A stretch of DNA of 64,000 bases from an uncultured Planctomycetia bacterium (GTDB lineage: Bacteria; Planctomycetota; GCA-002687715; DRQF01): the NCBI GenBank assembly GCA_964559135.1, contig CAZLGG010000006.1, positions 8,247-72,246 of the forward strand, written 5' to 3'. The translations under genes and the position numbers were made by a program. The notes under the pieces were generated by a model. That model saw nothing but the letters and a program-made list of their open reading frames with translations, did not search any database and was not told the DNA's origin. Of this stretch, positions 1 to 8,221 are shown in pieces. How positions within the stretch are numbered: position 1 is the stretch's first letter; each line of letters begins with the position of its first letter.

Positions 1-1
1 C

Positions 2-322
2 TATCGTTTCGGAAATCGCCTGAGGTTCGACGTGGGCGCTCAATACCGGATCCACCCGGCCCGATACGAATCCTACGACCAGACCACGGTCAATCTGCTC
101 CTGGAATTCAACGGCGAATACGGATGGAACGATGAACAGGATGGGCATGATCTGAAGGCCACCGGCGGATTGCAGCTCTTCGTCTCGCCGGGCGTCCAGG
201 TGATCGTGAGTGAGGATCTGCTCTTCGAAGTGGGAGTGCAGATACCTGTCTATCGGGACCTGAACGGACCGCAACTGGGCGTCGACTTCCGAGCAACGGC
301 GGGATTGAGATGGAGATTCTGA
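2..322 (+). CDS. Outer-membrane beta-barrel 'transporter' (phenol MetA-pathway-like family), 3' part only
   Basis: Frame is open from the window edge (YRFGNRLRFDVGAQYR...). Amphipathic beta-strands, LFVSPGVQV...GVQIPVYRDLNGPQL motif and C-terminal Phe (GLRWRF). Confidence 0.65.
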   Translation, partial: YRFGNRLRFDVGAQYRIHPARYESYDQTTVNLLLEFNGEYGWNDEQDGHDLKATGGLQLFVSPGVQVIVSEDLLFEVGVQIPVYRDLNGPQLGVDFRATAGLRWRF

Positions 323-372
323 ACGAAGAGGTTTCCTGTTCGCTCGTCCTCACCCCGAGAAAGGCAACTCTC

Positions 373-735
373 ATGAGACACGCACTTTGGACACTCTTGC
401 CCCTCGTCGCCGCGGGGCTTTTCGCCTGCGGAACCACTCATGACGGCAACACGTCGCCGACCACCTCGGAAGCCGTCCCGTCCGCGAACGCGGACATGCC
501 CGTCGTCGAAATGACCGTGGCCGGCGTCACGTGACCGATATGAGGGGGGGCCCTCAAGAGGGCCCTGGAGCGCCGGTTCGGCGCCAGCCATTACACCTTC
601 GACCTCAACTTGGGCCGCGGACACTTCACGGTTGAGCGCGACCGCCTTCCGACGTTTCAGAGTCTTCGCGAAGCGGTAGCCGACGCCGGTTTCGAGTTGA
701 AATCGGCGAAGATCCCCGGCGCGCCATCACGCTGA
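373..735 (+). CDS. HMA-domain lipoprotein with two in-frame TGA codons (candidate UxxU selenoprotein, 120 aa)
   Basis: Purine-rich GAGAAAGG upstream of ATG 373, signal peptide and lipobox-like GLFA-C. Then VEMTVAGVT-TGA(532)-PI-TGA(541)-GGALKRALERRF...LREAVADAGFELK, stop TGA 733-735. The frame after the TGAs completes an HMA fold. Confidence 0.8.
548..587 (+). promoter_or_regulatory. Two tandem hairpins just 3' of the in-frame TGAs (SECIS-like)
   Basis: GGGCCCT-CAAG-AGGGCCC (548-565) and CTG-GA-GCGCCG-GTT-CGGCGC-CAG (565-587). Confidence 0.55.
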
Positions 736-780
736 CGGGCATGCGACGGCGGCGCGGCGTGGAGTGACCCGGGGTCGGTT

Positions 781-786
781 TACACT
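781..786 (+). promoter_or_regulatory. -10 element TACACT 7 nt upstream of mraY ATG (leaderless-type)
   Basis: TACACT-gcgcccc-ATG(794), no Shine-Dalgarno. Confidence 0.4.
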
Positions 787-793
787 GCGCCCC

Positions 794-1909
794 ATGGCCC
801 CGTGGATTCTTCATCGCTGGAGCGAATGGTCGACACCCCTTCTCGGGATGGGGCCCACCCCTCAGGCCGTGCTGCTCAGGGGAGTGGGCGCCTTCGTCAT
901 CGCGTTCATGGTGGTCTTCCTGGCGGGGAGACGGGGCGCGGCTTGGCTCTATCGGAAGAAGGTGCGCGACCGCGTCCGAGATTTCGACGCGTTCTATGGC
1001 AAGAACAAGACGGGCACGCCCACCATGGGCGGCCTGTTCGTCGTGGCGGCCATCGTGGCGGCGTCGCTGCTGATGAACGACCTGGGACAGCGAAGCGTCC
1101 CGTTGCTGATCCTCGCTACGCTGTGGTTCGGCGCGGTGGGAGCCGTCGATGACCTGCTGAAGGTGCGGGATCGGGCCGGTGGCGGCCTCTCCCGGTCATT
1201 GAAAATGCTCCTTCAGGTGGCCTTCGCCTGTTTTCTCGCCTTGATTCTCTCTCTGGACGGAACCTCCCCGTTCCCCGAGGCGTGGCGGCACGTGGTCTTC
1301 CTGCCGGCCCCGGCCATCATGCCGGCCCAATGGAACCTGGGGTGGGTCTACCCTTTGTTCGTGGTTTTCGTCATCGTCTCCATCGCCAACGCCATCAACT
1401 TCGCGGACGGGCTGGACGGATTGGCGGTGCTGCCATCCGCCTTCGTGGCGGCTGTTTTCGGGTTCTTCGCCTATATGGCCTGGAACAGCGCCATGGCGAA
1501 GACCTTTGGCTTCGTACCTCTACCGGGCATCCAGGAGGTGGCGATCTATTGTTCCGCGGTGGCCGGTGCCTGCATCGGTTTCCTGTGGTTCAACGGATAT
1601 CCAGCCCAGATGATCATGGGGGACACGGGATCTCAAGCCCTGGGCGGCACCCTGGGTGTCGTGGCCGTTCTCACGAAGCAGGAGATGCTCTTCCTGCTCG
1701 CCGGTGCCATTTTCGTCTACGAAGCCTTCAGCGTCTTCTGGCAGGACTCGGTGGGCATTCGGCATCTCGGCCGCCGATTCTTCTTCCGCGCCCCGGCCCA
1801 CCACTCCTTTCAACACCAGGGGGTGGCCGAGACCAAGGTGGTTCTCCGCTTCTGGATCGTCTCCCTCCTCACCGCCATCCTCTCCATCGCGACTCTCAAA
1901 CTCCGCTGA
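794..1909 (+). CDS. mraY: Phospho-N-acetylmuramoyl-pentapeptide transferase
   Basis: KTGTPTMGGL, NAINFADGLDGL, IMGDTGSQALG and APAHHSF motifs; multiple TM helices. Confidence 0.9.
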   Translation: MAPWILHRWSEWSTPLLGMGPTPQAVLLRGVGAFVIAFMVVFLAGRRGAAWLYRKKVRDRVRDFDAFYGKNKTGTPTMGGLFVVAAIVAASLLMNDLGQRSVPLLILATLWFGAVGAVDDLLKVRDRAGGGLSRSLKMLLQVAFACFLALILSLDGTSPFPEAWRHVVFLPAPAIMPAQWNLGWVYPLFVVFVIVSIANAINFADGLDGLAVLPSAFVAAVFGFFAYMAWNSAMAKTFGFVPLPGIQEVAIYCSAVAGACIGFLWFNGYPAQMIMGDTGSQALGGTLGVVAVLTKQEMLFLLAGAIFVYEAFSVFWQDSVGIRHLGRRFFFRAPAHHSFQHQGVAETKVVLRFWIVSLLTAILSIATLKLR

Positions 1910-2008
1910 CGAATGGGGCTCGTTGCACGCGGTCCGGATCGAGATGTCGGGATCGGGCTCGACTCGCGGTATCCCCCGGTGCCGCAAGTCGCCCGACACG
2001 AGCCATGG

Positions 2009-2419
2009 CTACTTCTTGTTCTGCTTGGCCAGCAGGTCGCGGATTTCCGAGAGCAAGACTTCTTCGTTCGTCGGCTTCGGAGGTGCCGCGGGCTTCTCTT
2101 CTTCCTTGCGCTTCAGAGAGTTGATCCCTTTGACGGCGAGGAAGATTGCAAAGGCCACGATGATGAAATCGACGACGGTCTGGATGAACTTGCCGTAGTG
2201 GATCGCTACAGCGGGGTCCTTTCCGGACGCCTCCTTGATGGTCACGGCGAGGCTGGTGAAGTCGACACCGCCCAGAAGGACACCGATCGGAGGCATGATG
2301 ACATCTCCCACGAATGAAGAGACGATCTTCCCGAACGCGGCGCCCACGATGATGCCGACCGCCATGTCCACAACGTTGCCTTTGACGGCAAAGTCCTTGA
2401 ATTCCTTCATCATGCCCAT
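2009..2419 (-). CDS. mscL: Large-conductance mechanosensitive channel
   Basis: [33 protein letters not shown]...LLSEIRDLL; GGAGG RBS. Confidence 0.97.
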   Translation of the reverse strand: MGMMKEFKDFAVKGNVVDMAVGIIVGAAFGKIVSSFVGDVIMPPIGVLLGGVDFTSLAVTIKEASGKDPAVAIHYGKFIQTVVDFIIVAFAIFLAVKGINSLKRKEEEKPAAPPKPTNEEVLLSEIRDLLAKQNKK

Positions 2420-2594
2420 GAATGATGCCTCCTTAGTGTCTATTTGATTGGGGGTTTGGGACCGGCGCGATGCGACGCAGCATAGGGGATTGACCCCAGG
2501 ACAACAAGGGGACCCAGTGCTGCACGGCGACCCTCCTCGAACAGGCTGACACCACAGACGGCACGATGCGCCGTCCGCCCGCAGTGATGTTCGT

Positions 2595-3329
2595 TCAGAA
2601 GCGGCGCCTGGGGGCGTGCTTGTACCGACAGAAGGGGCAACGGAGGGTGTCCAGCGCGAGAACCGTCGCGCGCTCGCCCGACCTGCGGATGCACAGGTTG
2701 TCGCCTCCCTCGGCCCTTGCAACGGAAGGGTCGTTGTCTGCCGTGACGTCCGCGGGACCTCGCGAGATCTCCACCACCACCTCGTCGTCCTCTCGGAGGA
2801 CGAGGTGGTGGAGGAATTCGGTGCAGTTGTTGAACGCGATGCCGATCCCGCAGCGAAACGTCGTGTTGGCGATGGATCGAAAGTAGGCGGAGCTGCCGAA
2901 AGGCGTGGCGACGACCAATCCGTCACCGATGATCTCGTCCGTCGCACGCTCGCCGTTCACCAAGACGGAGAATCGAACGGCACTGCGAAGATCACTGTTC
3001 CTGAGGATGACGTCGTTCAAGCCGAGGAAGGCGCGAGAGCCCATCTCCGCGCGGAGTTTCATGAGTTCGGTTCGACTCACATCGCCTCGGGCCAGCCGGC
3101 CGAGGACATCCTCGTCCTCATGCTGACCGCATTTCACGCAAGATCGAGAACTCCTCAGGCCGAGCTTGGGAACACCGGGCCATTCCGCCTCGGCCCCGAT
3201 GAAGGTTCCATCGCCGCCGTAAGCGATGATGACGTCGGGATTCTCATCCGGCAGGACGATTTCGAAACCGTGACGCTCCACGGCATCGCGAATATCCGTG
3301 GCATGACGGCCTACGAGTGCGACACGCAT
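2595..3329 (-). CDS. nadK: NAD(+)/NADH kinase
   Basis: GGDGT, LNDV and [15 protein letters not shown] motifs. Confidence 0.85.
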   Translation of the reverse strand: MRVALVGRHATDIRDAVERHGFEIVLPDENPDVIIAYGGDGTFIGAEAEWPGVPKLGLRSSRSCVKCGQHEDEDVLGRLARGDVSRTELMKLRAEMGSRAFLGLNDVILRNSDLRSAVRFSVLVNGERATDEIIGDGLVVATPFGSSAYFRSIANTTFRCGIGIAFNNCTEFLHHLVLREDDEVVVEISRGPADVTADNDPSVARAEGGDNLCIRRSGERATVLALDTLRCPFCRYKHAPRRRF

Positions 3330-3390
3330 GGCTGATTATGGATCGGCGCGGCCGTGGTGGGAAGCCCGGGAGGCCCGGAGGGGCAAAACG

Positions 3391-3771
3391 TCAAACAGGA
3401 ATGCGATGGATGCGGTGACCCTTGTCCTCGAGGGCCTTGCGGCTGTCGTCGGCGACCGGACCGGTGGTGAAGACCCATCCCATCACCGGCTTTTGGGGAA
3501 TGTTCTCCTGAACGGCCTCCAGCATCGACAAGAAACACTCCCCGTCCTTCTTGCTGAACCTCGAACGACGGTCGAGGGGCCAGAGGCACCAGGTCGCCGT
3601 TCTCGCCTTGGCGATGATGACATCCTGATCTCCCTTGCCGCCCAATTCCTCGGGGTCCATTTCTTGGATTTCGGCGAAGCGGGGCAAGCGGACGACCTCG
3701 CCATCGACTTCGATCGGGGCGCCCTGCTTCAAGCGACGGACGAGTTCGCGACTCTCTAGAAACTGATTCAC
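3391..3771 (-). CDS. Hypothetical protein, weak restriction-endonuclease-like fold
   Basis: 126-aa ORF with GGAG RBS; alpha/beta pattern ending GWVFTTGP...ALEDKGHRI. Confidence 0.6.
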   Translation of the reverse strand: MNQFLESRELVRRLKQGAPIEVDGEVVRLPRFAEIQEMDPEELGGKGDQDVIIAKARTATWCLWPLDRRSRFSKKDGECFLSMLEAVQENIPQKPVMGWVFTTGPVADDSRKALEDKGHRIHRIPV

Positions 3772-3830
3772 GGATCGACTCCAGAAGGGATCGTAAGATT
3801 GTCATTCTAGGCCATGGATGGGGGGTTTTG

Positions 3831-4982
3831 TCAAGAGGCAGCCATTTGGTCCAGGGCCTGATCCAGGTCGGCCAGGAGATCCTCCTGATTCTCGATCCCC
3901 ACCGAGAGCCTCACGAAGTCGTCCGTAATCCCCAACGCTTGGCGGGTTTCCGGGGGAACCGATGCATGAGTCATGATGGCCGGGTGTTCGAGGAGCGACT
4001 CCACGCCTCCCAGGCTCTCCGCAAGAAAAAAGAGCCGCGTCGCACGACAGAACGTCTTCGTGCTTTCGAGGTCCGCATCGAGACGGAGTGAGATCATTCC
4101 GCCGAACCCGTGCCCCTGCTCTCGCTGCATGGCGTGCCCGGGGTGGCTTTCCAGGCCCGGGTAGATGACCTCGCGCACCCGAGGATGGTCGACGAGGTGG
4201 CGCGCCACGGCCATGGCATTGCTCTGGTGGCGCTCCATGCGCAAAGCCAGCGTTTTCATGCCCCGAAGGAGCAGCCAGCTATCCATCGGACCTGGGACGG
4301 CGCCGAAGGAGTTTTGGGCGAAGGCGATCCTCTCCCCCAGATCTTCGTCGGCGACGACGAGAATGCCTCCGACCACGTCGGAATGGCCACCCAGGTACTT
4401 CGTGGCGCTATGCATGACGATGTCGGCTCCCAGCTCCAGGGGTCTTTGGAAGAAGGGGCTCATGAAGGTGTTGTCCACCCCCAACAGGGCGCCTCGATCG
4501 TGGCAAAGCCGCGCGATCCCAGAGATGTCGCAGATCTTGAGCATGGGATTCGTCGGGGACTCCACCCAGACCAGGCGAGGGCCGGCCTCGAGCTTGGCGG
4601 CGACGGCGTCCAGATCCGTCATGTCCACGTAGTCGAAGAGCAACCCCAGATTCTTGAAGATCTTGTCGAAGAGGCGAAACGTTCCCCCGTAGACATCGTC
4701 CGAGCAGAGAATCCGGTCCCCCGCCTCGAAGAGAGTCATCAGCGAACCGATCGCCCCCATGCCGGAGGAGAAGGCGAAACCGCGGCGCCCGCTCTCCAAG
4801 GACGCTATGCAGGTCTGAAGCGCGTCACGCGTGGGGTTGCTCGTCCGGGAGTATTCGTGCCCCTTGTGGACTCCCACATCGGGCTGGGCATAGGTGCTCG
4901 TCTGAAAAATCGGCACGACGACGGCCCCCGTTTGGGTCTCGGGCTCCTGTCCGACGTGGATGGCGCGGGTTTCGAACTCCAT
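3831..4982 (-). CDS. Cystathionine gamma-lyase/gamma-synthase (PLP, Cys/Met metabolism)
   Basis: FETRAIHVGQ, EYSRTSNPT, WVESPTNP, MHSATKYLGGHSD, LAESLGGVESL, RLSVGIE; GGAGG RBS before ATG 4982. Confidence 0.93.
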   Translation of the reverse strand: MEFETRAIHVGQEPETQTGAVVVPIFQTSTYAQPDVGVHKGHEYSRTSNPTRDALQTCIASLESGRRGFAFSSGMGAIGSLMTLFEAGDRILCSDDVYGGTFRLFDKIFKNLGLLFDYVDMTDLDAVAAKLEAGPRLVWVESPTNPMLKICDISGIARLCHDRGALLGVDNTFMSPFFQRPLELGADIVMHSATKYLGGHSDVVGGILVVADEDLGERIAFAQNSFGAVPGPMDSWLLLRGMKTLALRMERHQSNAMAVARHLVDHPRVREVIYPGLESHPGHAMQREQGHGFGGMISLRLDADLESTKTFCRATRLFFLAESLGGVESLLEHPAIMTHASVPPETRQALGITDDFVRLSVGIENQEDLLADLDQALDQMAAS

Positions 4983-5135
4983 GGTCCATTTCCTCCAGGT
5001 GTAGGGGCGAGGCCAAGGATAGCCAACGTGGGCAGGGCGAAAAACCGACGCGGCGGAGGACCTTCCGTCTCGTTGCGACCCTTGCCTGGGCTCCGCCCCA
5101 GCCCTACGTTGGGGATGACCCAGGAGGAATCGGCC

Positions 5136-6236
5136 ATGACGTCGGACGGATTTCAATATGACGCGGCGGGCGTCGACACGCGCAAGGCCCGTTCCGGATT
5201 GGAAGCTCTCTCTCGATCGATTCGGGACACCCTCTCGTTCCGGGACGATCACACCTTCGGTCGCCCGGCGACGGGATTCGGCTACTACGCCAACGTCCTG
5301 CAGATGCCTCAGGGCGGCGGGCTCGCCATCGCCACGGACGGGGTGGGCACGAAGATCCTCATCGCCGAGAAGACCGGACGCTACGACACGATTCCGATCG
5401 ACATGATCGCGATGAATGTGAACGATCTCATCTGCGTAGGAGCCGATCCCTTCGCGCTCGTGGACTACATTGCCGTGGGGCGCGTGGACGAGGAGGTCTT
5501 CGAAGCGCTCGGACGAGGGCTCCGCGAGGGTGCCCGCCAGTCGGGCATCACGATTCCCGGAGGCGAGATCGCCCAAGTGAAAGAACTCCTCCGAGGCGAA
5601 GGCCCGACGGAAGGGTTCGATCTCGTGGGAACCGCCGTGGGATGGGTGCCCATCGACGAGGTCAATCTGGGCATGGACGTCCAGCCCGGCGATCACGTGA
5701 TCGGTCTACGGTCGAGCGGGCTCCACTCGAACGGCTATACCCTGGCTCGCCGGGTGCTTTTGGAAGATGGCGGCCTGTCCCTGGATACGGAGTTGCCCGA
5801 CCTCGGCCGCTCCCTCGGCGAGGAACTCCTCGAACCCACGAGGATCTACGTCCCCCACGTCCGGGCTCTCGAGCGCGCCGGCCTCCGACCTCATGCACTC
5901 CTCCACATCACGGGGGATGGCTACTGCAACCTCAATCGTGTTCAGGCGGACGTCGGCTTCGTCCTCGATGGACTCCCTTCTCCCCCGCCGATCTTCCAAC
6001 GCATCCAAGACATGGGAGCCGTACCTCCCGAGGAGATGCACTCGGTGTTCAACATGGGCATCGGGTTTTGCCTCGTGGTGGGCGACAAAGACCGGGATCG
6101 AACGCTCGAGGTCCTCCGGTCTTTGGGAGAAGAACCACTCGTGCTGGGGCGAGCCTCCGCGGAGCACCCCAACGAGGTTCTCATGCCTCAGGTGGGCCTC
6201 ATCGGCCGCAAGGATCGCTTCCACCGCGAGGGATGA
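5136..6236 (+). CDS. purM: Phosphoribosylformylglycinamidine cyclo-ligase (AIR synthetase)
   Basis: YDAAGVD, TDGVGTKI, GGEIA, SSGLHSNGY, LHITGDG, FNMGIGF; AGGAGG RBS. Confidence 0.95.
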   Translation: MTSDGFQYDAAGVDTRKARSGLEALSRSIRDTLSFRDDHTFGRPATGFGYYANVLQMPQGGGLAIATDGVGTKILIAEKTGRYDTIPIDMIAMNVNDLICVGADPFALVDYIAVGRVDEEVFEALGRGLREGARQSGITIPGGEIAQVKELLRGEGPTEGFDLVGTAVGWVPIDEVNLGMDVQPGDHVIGLRSSGLHSNGYTLARRVLLEDGGLSLDTELPDLGRSLGEELLEPTRIYVPHVRALERAGLRPHALLHITGDGYCNLNRVQADVGFVLDGLPSPPPIFQRIQDMGAVPPEEMHSVFNMGIGFCLVVGDKDRDRTLEVLRSLGEEPLVLGRASAEHPNEVLMPQVGLIGRKDRFHREG

Positions 6237-6889
6237 GCTGCCGCGCCTGGCTTTTCACCTTTCTCGTCGTCCTTGGATGCGGGTGCGGCTCGACCCCCTT
6301 TGATCCCTCGGAAGACCCACGGGAGGACTCCGCCTACTCCCCCCCCGACTACCGGGCCGCTCATGAGCCCTGGGGCTCGGTCGCCGTCCGCTCCGTCACG
6401 GATCGCCGGGGCTCCTTCGAGTTGGGGAAGGAAAACTACCTCAACGATTCCTGGTACGCGGAGAGCCTCTTCACCCACCCAGTGCCTCTCACGTTGAAAC
6501 GATTGATCGAACGAGAACTCCTTGCCGGAGGCGTGATGACCATCGCCGAGGACGACGGCTCGGCCAAGTACCTGATCGATCTCGTCATCGTCCACTTCAC
6601 GGCCCACGCGGACCGAGATTTGATCGGTCTCATTCCCGTCATTCCCAGCGTCGCGGTCGAGGGTCGAATCGACTTGAAACTGCGCATGACGGACCAGGAT
6701 GGCCGACCGTTCCTCGACGTCCACTACCAGGACACGGAAGAGGCCACGGCCGCAACCGTTTCGGGCATCGAAGCCACGGGCTCACGGGTGCTGCTGACAG
6801 CCCTCGCGCGCGTGATGGCGCGACTTGTCCAGGATGTCGACCAGGCCGTGCCTCGATTCTGGAAGGAATTGGGGCTGCCGGTGCAGTGA
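6233..6889 (+). CDS. Lipoprotein (YajG-like)
   Basis: ATGA overlap with purM; hydrophobic signal with LGCGC; alpha/beta DUF799/YajG-like pattern. Confidence 0.6.
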   Translation: MSCRAWLFTFLVVLGCGCGSTPFDPSEDPREDSAYSPPDYRAAHEPWGSVAVRSVTDRRGSFELGKENYLNDSWYAESLFTHPVPLTLKRLIERELLAGGVMTIAEDDGSAKYLIDLVIVHFTAHADRDLIGLIPVIPSVAVEGRIDLKLRMTDQDGRPFLDVHYQDTEEATAATVSGIEATGSRVLLTALARVMARLVQDVDQAVPRFWKELGLPVQ

Positions 6890-6914
6890 CCGGCCTCTCC
6901 ATCCCGGGACGTCT

Positions 6915-7517
6915 TCAGTAGTCGGTCGTCCAGAGTCGCTCGTTGACGAACTTGCGCCAACTCGGTTTCCGTTTCCCTTCATGGATACCGAGACACGGCG
7001 ACCAATTGGGCCGACGCGGCGCTCTCAACAGTCTCATGCCCACATCACTCGGTCGGCGATCTCCCTTGCGGACGTTACAGGGGAGACAGGCCAGGACGCA
7101 GTTTTCCCAACTGCTGCCGCCGCCGCGGCTGCGGGGAACGACGTGGTCGATGGACAACTCGTTCAAGGGTTTTCGCGTGCCGCAGTACTGACAGCGGTGC
7201 TCGTCACGTCGGTAGAGATTCTTCCGAGTGAACGGAACCTGCTGACGAGGCGATCGGTCGTAGCGGGCGAGCACCACGATTTCGGGCAGACGGATGGCGT
7301 ACCCGACACCGTGGACCCGTGCGTCGCCGTTGGTGGGAGCATGGGATCGCCACGATTCGAAATCGTGGAGCTGATAGGTCTCCGGCTCGATCACGGACGC
7401 CGAACCCTTCACGACCATCACCAGCGCCTGCCGAACGGTGATCGTGTTGATCGGCAGCCAGGATCGGTTCAGAACCAAGGTGGGCTCGTCGAGTACCGTC
7501 GTGACCAATGTCCCCAT
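6915..7517 (-). CDS. HNH endonuclease (McrA-like standalone family)
   Basis: LVLNRSWLPI, CQYCG, IDHVVPRSRGG, WENCVLACLPCNVRKG; TATAAT and GGAG upstream. Confidence 0.92.
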   Translation of the reverse strand: MGTLVTTVLDEPTLVLNRSWLPINTITVRQALVMVVKGSASVIEPETYQLHDFESWRSHAPTNGDARVHGVGYAIRLPEIVVLARYDRSPRQQVPFTRKNLYRRDEHRCQYCGTRKPLNELSIDHVVPRSRGGGSSWENCVLACLPCNVRKGDRRPSDVGMRLLRAPRRPNWSPCLGIHEGKRKPSWRKFVNERLWTTDY

Positions 7518-7699
7518 GAAATCGTCTCCAAGAATCCGGCTGGCGGGCCCGGATCCGGCAAGGATTATACGGAGTGATCCCCCGGAGCGTCATGAAAAGA
7601 CGGAGGAGAGCCTGTATTCTTCTCCCGTCGGACCGGGTTGGGGGTCCCTCTCACGGCCTATACTGCGCCTGCTCCGCAGTCCGAATCGAGGTCATCATC

Positions 7700-8221
7700 A
7701 TGGGTTCTTCGCTCTCAGCCAGGGTGTTTCGGGTCGCCATCGTTCTCTTTCCCCTCCTCGTCGCTCCGGCCTGCCGGGAGATCGAGGAGACGGAAAACCC
7801 GGTGAGTCGCCCCCTCACGGACCTGGGCGCCACGTCCGATCCGTCGCTGGCGAACACGTCCTTGGTGTTGTCCCGGGTTCAGTTCGATGATATTCCGGTC
7901 CCTCCCGGTTTCTTTTTCCGGAACCAGCGCAACGAAAGCTTCGGCTACGAAGACGGAGAATCCCGTGTGGGGCGATTCGTCTATTGGGGACGCAAACCCC
8001 GCGAGGAAGTCGTTGCGCTTTATCTGGAGAAGATGCCGAAGGATCCTTACAACTGGTCCCTGGCCTCCGGGGGGGACGGAGCGGATACACCGCTGATCTT
8101 CGAGAAACCCGGGCAGACATGCAAGATTCGGCTTCTCAAGGAGCGTCACCGCCCCCGAGGAGGCCTCTTGCTCACCATCAGCGTGGAAGGCTCGAGACCT
8201 CATGACCACGAAGAGCCCTGA
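7700..8221 (+). CDS. Hypothetical lipoprotein
   Basis: Signal peptide ending VAPA-C; TATACT -10-like element upstream (7659-7664). Confidence 0.6.
   Translation: MGSSLSARVFRVAIVLFPLLVAPACREIEETENPVSRPLTDLGATSDPSLANTSLVLSRVQFDDIPVPPGFFFRNQRNESFGYEDGESRVGRFVYWGRKPREEVVALYLEKMPKDPYNWSLASGGDGADTPLIFEKPGQTCKIRLLKERHRPRGGLLLTISVEGSRPHDHEEP

Noticed and set aside
310-534. 74-aa ORF as listed in the track
   Set aside because: It is the truncated 5' half of the read-through HMA gene; the better start is ATG 373.
532-543. TGA reassigned to Trp or Gly genome-wide (codes 4/25) as the explanation for the in-frame TGAs
   Set aside because: Many well-conserved genes here (mraY, purM, gyrB, dnaA, fmt) end at TGA at their expected C-termini, and TGG is used for Trp. 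The two TGAs also align with Cys positions.
6915-7517. HNH gene as an anti-phage system or homing/mobile element
   Set aside because: It is a standalone, widespread McrA-like family with no methylase, integrase, repeats or compositional anomaly around it.
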